Below, piece after piece: positions 18,557 to 27,127 of a DNA stretch of 64,000 nt. Source of the stretch: an uncultured virus (IMG/VR IMGVR_UViG_3300025610_000020) (Duplodnaviria; Heunggongvirae; Uroviricota; Caudoviricetes); IMG/VR virus record IMGVR_UViG_3300025610_000020; one strand, given 5' to 3'. The first letter of the stretch is position 1. Each line of letters starts with the position of its first letter. A program made the position numbers and the translations under genes. The notes below the pieces were generated by a model. It saw only the letters and a program-made list of their open reading frames with translations, did no database searches and had not been told where the DNA came from.

Positions 18557-18944
18557 CGATTTTGGTTGTAGAGTAGTCACCAATTCGGTCGAAGAATCTA
18601 ACTTCTTTTGCATAATCAGAACCTACTACTTCCTTACCTTTCCAATCAGATCCAACCATCATTATATCAGGTTTTATCCGTTTTACAATATCTTGTAATT
18701 CTTCTTTGCTATCAAAAACGATAACTTCATCTATGTATCGAATTGATTCGAGGATAATTTTACGATTCAAGACTGGGTTTATTGGTCTGGAAATACCCTT
18801 CATTTCTTTGATTTTTCTGTCAGAGTCAATAGCAACAATTAACTTATCACCAAGACTTCTTGCAGTTTGAAACATTTTGATGTGTCCTGGATGAAGCAGA
18901 TCAAAACATCCATTCACAAAGATAACTTTTGGTTTTAGTTTCAT
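18534..18944 (-). CDS. RfaE/HldE nucleotidyltransferase-domain protein
   Basis: NGCFDLLHPGH, KGISRPIN, YSTTKI. Confidence 0.88.
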   Translation of the reverse strand: MKLKPKVIFVNGCFDLLHPGHIKMFQTARSLGDKLIVAIDSDRKIKEMKGISRPINPVLNRKIILESIRYIDEVIVFDSKEELQDIVKRIKPDIMMVGSDWKGKEVVGSDYAKEVRFFDRIGDYSTTKIVESIIDR

Positions 18945-19435
18945 TTCTCAGCCATTACCATGAATGCATTGTTCAAGTCTACACCAGATACGAAAATATT
19001 TTTATATCCACGATCAAACATATAAGCCTGAATAATTTCAGGAGTGAATACATGCTTATGCTTATAATTATTCCAAGGTCTCCAATATCTTTGACTGAAG
19101 TCTGGAAGATATAAGAACAGAGTTCCACCAGTCTTTAGTCTTTCATACCAATAGTCCATGGTGGCAACCCAATCGGGAACATGTTCCAAACAATGGCTAG
19201 AAAAAATATAATCTGGACGAACACCTTCAGGAAGATTATTAGCATCCCATGGATCATCAAAGTCAATGTCGATAGGTTGGGCATTTGGGAAAGCCCATTC
19301 TTTTTTCATACAACCAATATCATATCCCAGTCCTTTACAAACATGTAGTGCAAATGGAATAGCAAATTGAGATGCATTTCCTTCAGTTTGAAACTTAGGA
19401 TACCATTTTTTTTGAAATTCAATAGTTTCGATCAT
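18941..19435 (-). CDS. SAM-dependent methyltransferase
   Basis: DIGC, DYIFSSHCLEH, LKTGG. Confidence 0.8.
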   Translation of the reverse strand: MIETIEFQKKWYPKFQTEGNASQFAIPFALHVCKGLGYDIGCMKKEWAFPNAQPIDIDFDDPWDANNLPEGVRPDYIFSSHCLEHVPDWVATMDYWYERLKTGGTLFLYLPDFSQRYWRPWNNYKHKHVFTPEIIQAYMFDRGYKNIFVSGVDLNNAFMVMAEK

Positions 19436-20193
19436 TGATATCTCCAGGGTAAATTAAATAGATAACGAACTTGTGACCAATCTCCCCATCTGTGCCAGAG
19501 GAACAAAGGTTTCTTTGACATAGTATCAAAGAGTTGAGGCGATTCAAGAAGATAATTGATTGCTGTTTCAATCATGAATACAGCTGATGCTCTTTCAAAA
19601 ACCATGCACCAGTCAAAGAGAGAATATCCAGGAATGATTTGATTCTCAACCACTTTATATCCACCATAACTCTGAGAGTCTGCAGGAATATGTGGAAAGA
19701 ATTCTAACTTTGGACGTGTACACCACAGACGATTCACGTATACAAACTCATCATCATCCTTTAATCCAAGGACATTATAGTATAGTTCTTTTTCTTTTTC
19801 AATATTTCTATTGAAATCAATATACTCTCTCCAGTCTTTCCAATCAAGGCCTAGATTATCATACTTACCTTTCATGATTGGGTGATAATCACCAAATCCT
19901 TGAAAGAAGAATAAATCGTCCTCCATTTTGGTTGGTGCCCCATGAATATATCGTTCCTTATATGGAAACTGACAGGATTCTGGGATTGGTTGTGTACTTC
20001 CATTTACTGGATTCTCATCATCACCCCAGGAAACAAACTCAAAATGCGGAATATAATCCTTTAACCATTTGAATTCATGAATGACAGGCCAATATACTTT
20101 ATATCCAAGTTCATTTTGAATATAATGTGCCCCTTTTTGTAGGAAAAGAATATCCCCAAGACCACATGGTTGATAAATTAATCCTGTTTTCAT
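19432..20193 (-). CDS. putative glycosyltransferase-like protein
   Basis: GLGDI N-terminus, FDWC motif; paralog of next gene. Confidence 0.6.
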   Translation of the reverse strand: MKTGLIYQPCGLGDILFLQKGAHYIQNELGYKVYWPVIHEFKWLKDYIPHFEFVSWGDDENPVNGSTQPIPESCQFPYKERYIHGAPTKMEDDLFFFQGFGDYHPIMKGKYDNLGLDWKDWREYIDFNRNIEKEKELYYNVLGLKDDDEFVYVNRLWCTRPKLEFFPHIPADSQSYGGYKVVENQIIPGYSLFDWCMVFERASAVFMIETAINYLLESPQLFDTMSKKPLFLWHRWGDWSQVRYLFNLPWRYQ

Positions 20194-20912
20194 TCTAACT
20201 CCTGAGGAACTTTTTCACGCCACAACCATCTCTCATAATCTACCCATTGCCAAGGTGCATTGAATAGTTTTCCAACACATTCCTCTGTATTTTTGTAATG
20301 TCTTGGGTGACAGATAAGTGTATCTGCTTTGATATTAAGAGTGTCTACAATATAATTTAGGCAGGTATCTACAATGTGAATTTGCTCTGCATTTTCAAGA
20401 ATCCAACACCAATCAAATACGCTTGGAGTTAGATCTGTATCCATCCAAATGACTTTCCCATCATAATCTTCTGGAATACTTAACTCAACACCTTCATGTG
20501 GTTTACGAAAACTGTACCACTTGTTTGCAAAAATAAATGGTTCACCATCTTTGATACCCAACCTTTCTTTTAGTTGATTCTCTCTTTCATGATCACGTTT
20601 ATATGTAAAATAATCTCTCCAATCATACCAACCAACACCAGAAGAAGCATACTTTGATGTCATGATGTCAGCAGAACCATTTGGTTTTGGTTGATTGGAA
20701 CAATCATATAACATGACATTTTCTGTGGGAAGATCGATGTTAGGCCCACATACAACTTCATTGGTGATTAATTGATTGACTCCAGAATTCCACATTTCAT
20801 GTGTGACTGGATGATATACATTGTAACTTTTAGAAAGATCTTTACAAAGTTTCTGAATAAAAAAGATGTCCCCCAGCCCACCTTGCTGGAGAACAATTAC
20901 ATTTGCTTTCAT
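20190..20912 (-). CDS. putative glycosyltransferase-like protein
   Basis: GLGDI, WYDWRDY, FDWC shared with previous gene. Confidence 0.6.
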   Translation of the reverse strand: MKANVIVLQQGGLGDIFFIQKLCKDLSKSYNVYHPVTHEMWNSGVNQLITNEVVCGPNIDLPTENVMLYDCSNQPKPNGSADIMTSKYASSGVGWYDWRDYFTYKRDHERENQLKERLGIKDGEPFIFANKWYSFRKPHEGVELSIPEDYDGKVIWMDTDLTPSVFDWCWILENAEQIHIVDTCLNYIVDTLNIKADTLICHPRHYKNTEECVGKLFNAPWQWVDYERWLWREKVPQELE

Positions 20913-21538
20913 AGTTGAGCAATTTCTACAATTTGTTCTTCCGTAGTACCAATTGGGAATGCTAGGAGATATCCTTGATCAGCAAGATGTTCAATGAGAA
21001 CATGAGTATCACCAATAATCTCTTCTACAAAATCATACCCATCGGCACCATACAGTTTCCTTTGGGCCCAGTTACCTGCTGTGAATTCGCGATCAACATA
21101 GATTCTTAGGTCATCCATAAAGATCACATCTTTAGATAGATCTCTGTTTTCCTTCATGATACGGAGTTCTTTCTCCATAGGAAGACGCTTATCAATGTCT
21201 GGTTCTTCACCATATCCTGCAGGGCCATAATCAGCACCAGGAAAATGTGCATCTAACCAAAAGAGGGTGGGAGAATCATCCAGGTCACTCAGAACCTCTG
21301 CAAAACGATCCTCTGTATATCCCTTATACAGATGAACGTAATCGAGTCCATCATATTTTTTTTCTAGATTCTCGTAGAGTTCATCATCTAGCTCTACACC
21401 ATATGAATTATCTACCATTTCGGTGAGTAGAATTTTATCCATACTAGAACCGTCACCAGTTCCACTCTCAACAAAGTTTTTGATATTAAATGCCTCAAGC
21501 ATTTGTTTTAGTTTGACTGGATGATTAATTTGTCCCAT
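20909..21538 (-). CDS. methyltransferase-like protein
   Basis: FVESGTGDG, FWLDAH, MDDLR. Confidence 0.65.
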   Translation of the reverse strand: MGQINHPVKLKQMLEAFNIKNFVESGTGDGSSMDKILLTEMVDNSYGVELDDELYENLEKKYDGLDYVHLYKGYTEDRFAEVLSDLDDSPTLFWLDAHFPGADYGPAGYGEEPDIDKRLPMEKELRIMKENRDLSKDVIFMDDLRIYVDREFTAGNWAQRKLYGADGYDFVEEIIGDTHVLIEHLADQGYLLAFPIGTTEEQIVEIAQL

Positions 21539-21540
21539 GA

Positions 21541-22344
21541 TTAGCAAAAATAAGTAAGGTAGATAAAGTCTTCTAGGACTTCCATTTTTTTAGCAATCTC
21601 TAGATTATCTTTGATTGCTTCCATTTTACTGTGATAGAGTTCGTCTGAAATATAGAACTCATCAGTAAGATCAATTATACCATCTTTATTGAAATATTTT
21701 CCAATATCAGGAGCTCCAAGATAAACTGGAATAGTTCCTGTGGCAAAACAATCTAGAAGTTTTTCAGTGAAATAGGTTTCATATTGTCCATTCTCAATCG
21801 CAACTGAGAACATGTAGTCACATAGTCCTTCTTCTTTGTGAAGGATTTCGTTGAATCCCCGACCATAAAGATCAACCTGATCTTTTAGCCTTTCAACCCA
21901 TTCAAGACGAGTTGCATGTCCTTTGCACATTCTTTTATTAGATGCGATCATAGAAATCATTTTTGATTTCTCATAAATCTTGGGTTCTTTAATCCAGAAA
22001 CCCTGTGCGGGACACCACTTGAACTTTGGATCAATTGCAAGCAACTCTTGATTGTGAGTAAAGATTGCATCAAATGTATCCAGATATTGTTTTGGATTGA
22101 TCTTTACTGCATCCACAATTTGTGGTGTAATATATCGTGACTCTAGGAGCCAAGCGTACTTTGGTCCTGGTTTTGGATCTATCCATGCCCAAGGGAGAGT
22201 GCTATCAATATAAAATGTAGCCTCTCCACCATCCTTTACCCATTCAACATATTTCGATTCTTTACCATGAACGGAATATCCTTTATTACCATTTGTTAAA
22301 TGGGTAAAAGTATCTCCTACAAGATTAAACTTTACGCGCTGCAT
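21541..22344 (-). CDS. GT10-like (alpha-1,3-fucosyltransferase-like) glycosyltransferase
   Basis: YMFSVAIEN...YFTEKLLDCFATGTIPVYLG. Confidence 0.8.
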   Translation of the reverse strand: MQRVKFNLVGDTFTHLTNGNKGYSVHGKESKYVEWVKDGGEATFYIDSTLPWAWIDPKPGPKYAWLLESRYITPQIVDAVKINPKQYLDTFDAIFTHNQELLAIDPKFKWCPAQGFWIKEPKIYEKSKMISMIASNKRMCKGHATRLEWVERLKDQVDLYGRGFNEILHKEEGLCDYMFSVAIENGQYETYFTEKLLDCFATGTIPVYLGAPDIGKYFNKDGIIDLTDEFYISDELYHSKMEAIKDNLEIAKKMEVLEDFIYLTYFC

Positions 22345-23422
22345 TAATTTGCTCCTCAATCCACTCATATGTCTTACGGATGCCATCTTCTAGAGTCTGA
22401 GAGTAATCCCAATCAAGTTTTTCACGAATCAGATCGTTATTGGAATTACGACCACGTACACCCTGAGGAGCATCGAGTTTGTAAATCTTCTGAACGACCT
22501 TACCAGAAACCTTGGCCGCAGTCTCAACCAGTTGATTGATAGTCACCATTTCTTCTGAGCCAATGTTCACTGGTCCCATAAAGTCTGAGTCCATCAATCT
22601 TCGAGTTGCTTCAATGCATTCGTCAATGTACAAGAAGGAACGAGTCTGTAGACCATCTCCCCACACTTCGATAGCTCCACCTGTCTCTGGTAGGTAAGCA
22701 ACCTTACGGCTGATTGCAGCTGGCGCTTTCTCTCTTCCACCGTCCCAGGTCCCTTCAGGGCCAAAGATATTGTGATAGCGAGCAATCCGAACAGGAATGC
22801 CGTGGTTGCGATTGTAGGCAAGATAGAGACGCTCACTGAAAAGTTTCTCCCATCCATACTCAGAGTCGGGGTTTGCTGGATATGCTGAATCTTCACGGCA
22901 ATCGGGATTATCGGGGTCTAGTTGATTGTGTTCTGGATACATGCAAGCAGAACCAGAATAGAAGATCTTGGTAGGTTGATCTAGAGCAGGACGAACACAC
23001 TCATGATTTGCAGGTTCCCCATCGAAAGTTTCATTGAGCTTACGAACTTCCTCAAGAACATTCAAATTGATGCTACATGAGTTGTGCATGATGTCTGCAT
23101 CGTTCTCTCCAGTGAAAACAAAACCTGCACCGCCCATATCAGCAGCAAACTGATAGATCTCATCAAAAGGACGAATAGCACGATAAGGTACTGAATTATA
23201 GAAATTCCCCAACTCACCTTTGAACTGGATTACACGACGCACAAAATTTGCATCACGAAGATCACCCTGCACAAACTCATCAGCAGCTGAATCAGAGAAC
23301 TCAGGATATTTAAGATCTACACCACGAACCCAATATCCTTCGGACTTGAGTCGTTTGACCATGTGACTACCAATAAATCCACCTGCACCAAGAACCAGTG
23401 CAGTTTTTGTATTCTCAAACAT
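22325..23422 (-). CDS. NAD-dependent epimerase, GDP-mannose 3,5-epimerase-like (WcaG family)
   Basis: GAGGFIG, AADMGGAGF, YGWEK, GGREKAPAA. Confidence 0.88.
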   Translation of the reverse strand: MFENTKTALVLGAGGFIGSHMVKRLKSEGYWVRGVDLKYPEFSDSAADEFVQGDLRDANFVRRVIQFKGELGNFYNSVPYRAIRPFDEIYQFAADMGGAGFVFTGENDADIMHNSCSINLNVLEEVRKLNETFDGEPANHECVRPALDQPTKIFYSGSACMYPEHNQLDPDNPDCREDSAYPANPDSEYGWEKLFSERLYLAYNRNHGIPVRIARYHNIFGPEGTWDGGREKAPAAISRKVAYLPETGGAIEVWGDGLQTRSFLYIDECIEATRRLMDSDFMGPVNIGSEEMVTINQLVETAAKVSGKVVQKIYKLDAPQGVRGRNSNNDLIREKLDWDYSQTLEDGIRKTYEWIEEQINAARKV

Positions 23423-23456
23423 TTCTTTCTTTATATTCCTTCCTATGTATAATACT

Positions 23457-23487
23457 AAAAAAGACCCTTGTTGTCAAGGGTCTTTTT
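23457..23487 (-). terminator. terminator hairpin overlapping a -35 TTGACA
   Basis: AAAAAGACCCTTG-ACAA-CAAGGGTCTTTTTT. Confidence 0.7.
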
Positions 23488-23491
23488 GGGT

Positions 23492-23538
23492 TCAGGCTCG
23501 CCAGTTGGCATATTTAATGACCCTTACCAACGGGGTCA
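23492..23538 (-). ncRNA. wcaG-like RNA motif, 3' half (hairpin, pseudoknot, UGGCG)
   Basis: UGACCC-CGUUGGUAA-GGGUCA; loop GUUGGUA complementary to downstream UGCCAAC; CUGGCGAGCCUG; upstream of a wcaG-family epimerase. Confidence 0.55.
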
Positions 23539-24303
23539 GTTTTTCCAAAGAAAACTAAAAGGACATTTAGATTCTTTTTCTTGTTGGCCAAACATAAAGT
23601 CCTTAGACATAATTGGACTCAATCTCTTTAAGTTAATATTTCTATGAATTTTTAATTTGACATCTTTTGGTGGTTCTTTTTTTATCAATCGAAACTTGTC
23701 ATCCATATTATTTGAGTAAAAACAAATTTCATATATTGGATCACCTCTTTTGATGATTACAGATTTGCTAGTGTCATAAACATCATATGCAAATGAAATT
23801 GTTCTTGGCCAAGAAGAAAGGTTGAACCAACCATTAACTATGGTTATGTTATTTTTTGCCGATGCATTTGGATATGCTCTTTGTTCAATCCAAATGTTTT
23901 TTTCTTTAGTCCAAAAAAGAAAATGAGGTGCTGTCAATTGCATCACTAACTTTTCTGGATCTGTTAGATACCATTTAGGACTTTCAAACGTTGGTCCAGT
24001 CAATACATTATAAGTATCTCCACTTATGTGAGGACTATTGACAAAGATTTCTCCAGTTTCTTCAAATTTGCTAAAGTCAAAATCAAATCTGATATCAATA
24101 GGACTGCGAACTATAAAAGTTCTTTTTGCTTTGTGTGACCAAGCGGGACATTCGTAATAGGATACTCTTTTATCGGCACTAAAAATTGCAGATTCAATAG
24201 GAAAAGAAAATCTATCATCAGCCAAAACAGATTTTTCTGGTTCAAGCAGTTCATCATCTGTACCAAATCCAGACTCTGTTGGATAATAATAGATTGTTTT
24301 CAT
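23536..24303 (-). CDS. hypothetical AT-rich protein (dUTPase-like beta fold possible)
   Basis: ORF track; CPAW, IKRGDPI, C-terminal KCPF. Confidence 0.7.
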   Translation of the reverse strand: MKTIYYYPTESGFGTDDELLEPEKSVLADDRFSFPIESAIFSADKRVSYYECPAWSHKAKRTFIVRSPIDIRFDFDFSKFEETGEIFVNSPHISGDTYNVLTGPTFESPKWYLTDPEKLVMQLTAPHFLFWTKEKNIWIEQRAYPNASAKNNITIVNGWFNLSSWPRTISFAYDVYDTSKSVIIKRGDPIYEICFYSNNMDDKFRLIKKEPPKDVKLKIHRNINLKRLSPIMSKDFMFGQQEKESKCPFSFLWKN

Positions 24304-24305
24304 GA

Positions 24306-24869
24306 TCAGAAATTAAACAGTGTAGAGATATTGAAAGAAATTGTACATCTTTCTTTCTTTGAAGGAATTACATAGTGAAGTAGATTTGCTGGAAAAATTA
24401 TTACTGTTCCCTCTTTCATTTCTTTGGTATCAATTTCCTTGTGCAAATAAAACATTTGCGATAGGTCAGTAAACATGGTATTGTTCACTTCGTTAATATC
24501 CAATAGATATGCGGCAGAAAATGTTGTAGAAGTATTTTGATGAGTATGTGCTTCTTGATATCCACCCTCTGGATAATAATTCCACCAAATATCTTCAAGA
24601 TGGCTTTCGTAAGGTGGTATTGCTAATTCAACCTCCGAAAACATTTCATCCAAAGGTTTCCATACAATAGAATCTAGAATCCAATCTTCTCTTATAAAAT
24701 CATTTGAATATTTAATGGAAGTATAAACATAACTCTTCCAATGTATTGTGTAGTCTTCTTTATTTTCATTATAAAGATCTTTGATTTGCGGAAGAAGATA
24801 ATCTTTAATTTCTTTGTGGTTTGGAACCTCAGTCCAAAAAATAAAAGGAGCGTTAAATTTTTTATGCAT
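24306..24869 (-). CDS. putative 2OG-Fe(II) oxygenase
   Basis: WWNYY..GGYQEAHTH, EGTVIIFPANLLHYV, RCTISFN. Confidence 0.8.
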   Translation of the reverse strand: MHKKFNAPFIFWTEVPNHKEIKDYLLPQIKDLYNENKEDYTIHWKSYVYTSIKYSNDFIREDWILDSIVWKPLDEMFSEVELAIPPYESHLEDIWWNYYPEGGYQEAHTHQNTSTTFSAAYLLDINEVNNTMFTDLSQMFYLHKEIDTKEMKEGTVIIFPANLLHYVIPSKKERCTISFNISTLFNF

Positions 24870-24881
24870 AATTGTATTATT

Positions 24882-24905
24882 GGGTCAATGACTCCACCAG
24901 GGCTA
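24882..24905 (-). ncRNA. wcaG-like RNA motif, 5' half (UGGUG plus small hairpin)
   Basis: CCCUGGUGGAGUCAUUGACCC; mirrors CUGGCGAGCC at 23495-23504. Confidence 0.5.
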
Positions 24906-24907
24906 GT

Positions 24908-25141
24908 TTATCGACATACCGAGTCTTTTTGATAACAAGGTACACCTTCTGGATCAAGCCATTTAGTGTATTCAAAATCTTCCATTGCAGTCATGAGTTG
25001 CATTTGATTATCACAGAGATACATATCACTATAACGTTTAGTCCAACTATCTGCTTTTTGAATGCGGTAGTCAGGGAACCCATTTTCTAGGGTTCCACAT
25101 TCAACATAACGATAAGGAAAATGTTCTAGAAGAACCTTCAT
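24908..25141 (-). CDS. hypothetical protein
   Basis: ORF track. Confidence 0.7.
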   Translation of the reverse strand: MKVLLEHFPYRYVECGTLENGFPDYRIQKADSWTKRYSDMYLCDNQMQLMTAMEDFEYTKWLDPEGVPCYQKDSVCR

Positions 25142-25353
25142 GCAACCTCCACAGATTCAAGATCAGCATAAATTTGTTCCATCAGAATTTCATAATCATC
25201 AAGTGGATCACCAGAAAAAACAATTCCTTCATTTTCATAGAAGCGACGAACTTTTTTGAAAAGTTTTGGATTTTTTACGTCCAAGAGAAAATCACCGTTA
25301 GAAGCACCACGAAGAATTTGAATGTCTTTCTTGAACTTAGAAGTCAGTGTCAT
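25138..25353 (-). CDS. hypothetical protein
   Basis: ORF track; TTGACA-18-TATAAT promoter at 25376-25405. Confidence 0.7.
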   Translation of the reverse strand: MTLTSKFKKDIQILRGASNGDFLLDVKNPKLFKKVRRFYENEGIVFSGDPLDDYEILMEQIYADLESVEVA

Positions 25354-25401
25354 GTGTCTGATTGATTACCTAGTCATTATAAGGGGTTCAATGGGGGTTT
25401 G

Positions 25402-25683
25402 TCAATCCTTTTCGTACTCGTCAGTCATTTTTTTATGGAGACTTTCAAAGTCACTGGTCAGATCTTCAAGGCGTTTGGCCCATGTATCTCCACCATCTGA
25501 ACCACGTCGTGGATTGATGCACTGGTGACTTCCCAGTTTATTACACACAAGACCAGCAAGGTCTAACTCATTGCCCTTTTTACCAGTGCCAGACCAGTAG
25601 TGTTGGCCATTAATCCAAATAGCACCACACTTAGGGCATTCCGCTCTGCTCATAGACAGATCGGACATTTCTTTTTTATCCAT
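25402..25683 (-). CDS. hypothetical Cys-rich protein
   Basis: CPKC...C...C; ORF track. Confidence 0.7.
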   Translation of the reverse strand: MDKKEMSDLSMSRAECPKCGAIWINGQHYWSGTGKKGNELDLAGLVCNKLGSHQCINPRRGSDGGDTWAKRLEDLTSDFESLHKKMTDEYEKD

Positions 25684-25695
25684 TTTCGTTTGAAG

Positions 25696-25887
25696 TTAGT
25701 TTTCCCAGTCACGAGGTGGAAGGTTAAGTTGCTTCTCTAATTTCTTTTTGAAAAACCACATCTTAACTTTAATTACTAGATACCTCAATTGAAGATCTAG
25801 ATAAAAGATAAGTTTTGATGTTTCCTCAGTACCAGCAATCGCAACTAGGACCACCAACGTAAGAACAAGTAGGTAAAAAATGTTCAT
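25696..25887 (-). CDS. small membrane protein
   Basis: ORF track. Confidence 0.55.
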   Translation of the reverse strand: MNIFYLLVLTLVVLVAIAGTEETSKLIFYLDLQLRYLVIKVKMWFFKKKLEKQLNLPPRDWEN

Positions 25888-25891
25888 AAGG

Positions 25892-26092
25892 CTATTTAAC
25901 CTCTTCCATTTTTACAAACTTTTCCCTCAAGTCATAATAAAGTTTAAAGTTTTCTGTGGTGACATAATAACCAGTGATAGCAGAGCTATTACAGGTGTAT
26001 CCATAACCCCTTACTTTTTCACATTGACCATCGATATTAAAGCATTTGCTGGTGTGAAGATAGTCGTGATAGCGTTGGTCCAGGTTGATCAT
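25892..26092 (-). CDS. hypothetical protein
   Basis: ORF track. Confidence 0.6.
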   Translation of the reverse strand: MINLDQRYHDYLHTSKCFNIDGQCEKVRGYGYTCNSSAITGYYVTTENFKLYYDLREKFVKMEEVK

Positions 26093-26337
26093 CGGATTTC
26101 AAAATCGAGTTTGCGAACTTTGCGTTTCCGCCTGTTCTCTTGGTATTCTAGGTCCTGATTGCTGAGTGTGCCACCCTTCTTTAGATTGTTGTTAGAGTTT
26201 AATAAAACAACATCACTTAGATCCAAGGCCGAAACCTTGTCCTCCAAGACTGTCATCATGTTCGGGCACCCGCAACACTGACTCTTGCTTGTCGATATCA
26301 ATTCTTTGCTGCAAATTTTGCATCTGACAGATAACAT
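26089..26337 (-). CDS. zinc-ribbon-like hypothetical protein
   Basis: CKIC...CCGCPN. Confidence 0.65.
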   Translation of the reverse strand: MLSVRCKICSKELISTSKSQCCGCPNMMTVLEDKVSALDLSDVVLLNSNNNLKKGGTLSNQDLEYQENRRKRKVRKLDFEIR

Positions 26338-26369
26338 AATCCAACTTCCTTTTTATATCATCCAATTCC

Positions 26370-26603
26370 TCATGAACATCTTGATGATGGAATCGTAATG
26401 GTTTCTGTATTAATTTTTTGAGAGTCTTCTTTTTCATTCCAGTGTCTGACTACTCCTGAAATAATAAAACAATTTGTGATTAAGTAAGAAGCAAATATAA
26501 TCGTGCGGACAATTGCAACAACATCAGCTTCGTAATCGTTTTTACCAGTTTTTTCTCCTAGTGCCTTTGCCCAAAGCCTCCAAATAGATTTTCTTTTCTT
26601 CAT
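26370..26603 (-). CDS. hypothetical membrane protein
   Basis: WRLWAKALGEK, TM segment. Confidence 0.55.
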   Translation of the reverse strand: MKKRKSIWRLWAKALGEKTGKNDYEADVVAIVRTIIFASYLITNCFIISGVVRHWNEKEDSQKINTETITIPSSRCS

Positions 26604-26622
26604 TTATATATGAACTTTTTTA

Positions 26623-26696
26623 AGCCAACTAACGGACTTGAACCGTTGACCTGAGCTTTACAAAAACCCTGCTCTATCCAGCTGAGCTAAGTTGGC
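26623..26696 (-). tRNA. tRNA-Thr(UGU)
   Basis: Cloverleaf GCCAACU...AGUUGGC, anticodon loop UUUGUAA, GUUCAA T-loop. Confidence 0.92.
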
Positions 26697-26699
26697 ATA

Positions 26700-26772
26700 C
26701 TCCTCCACCAAGACTCGAACTTGGAACCCCAGAGTTAACAGCTCCGTGCTCTGCCAATTGAGCTATAGAGGA
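26700..26772 (-). tRNA. tRNA-Asn(GUU)
   Basis: UCCUCUA...UGGAGGA, loop CUGUUAA, GUUCGA. Confidence 0.93.
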
Positions 26773-26791
26773 ATAAAATCCCCGAAGGGAA

Positions 26792-26863
26792 AGCGGAGTA
26801 TCGGAATCGAACCGACGACATCTAACTTGGAAGGATAGCGTTCTACCGCTGAACTAACTCCGC
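26792..26863 (-). tRNA. tRNA-Gly(UCC)
   Basis: GCGGAGU...ACUCCGC, loop CUUCCAA, GUUCGA. Confidence 0.93.
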
Positions 26864-26867
26864 GAGG

Positions 26868-26942
26868 CAGGCAAGGAGGGACTCGAACCCCCGACCAACG
26901 CATTAGAAGTGCGTGGCTCTAATCCAACTGAGCTACTTGCCC
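26868..26942 (-). tRNA. tRNA-Arg(UCU)
   Basis: GGGCAAG...CUUGCCU, loop CUUCUAA, GUUCGA. Confidence 0.93.
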
Positions 26943-27127
26943 TTGCGTTTTTCTTCGAAGTATATAGTATAATACTTCTTCTTCATTTTGTCAATGATTT
27001 CCATGTCTTCTTCGAAACCCATGTACTTGAGAAGTTGGTATGACCCCTCAAGTTCACTTATCAATCTTAACAGATTAGTTGGTTCTCTGTCAAGGCCTCC
27101 AAAATCATATTTACTTAAATCACCCAT
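26933..27127 (-). CDS. hypothetical protein
   Basis: ORF track; stop codon inside tRNA-Arg 5' end. Confidence 0.65.
   Translation of the reverse strand: MGDLSKYDFGGLDREPTNLLRLISELEGSYQLLKYMGFEEDMEIIDKMKKKYYTIYFEEKRKGK

Noticed and set aside
24890..24899. Plus-strand GACTCCACCA resembling a tRNA/tmRNA 3' end
   Set aside because: No upstream T-arm or cloverleaf; better explained as the minus-strand UGGUG element
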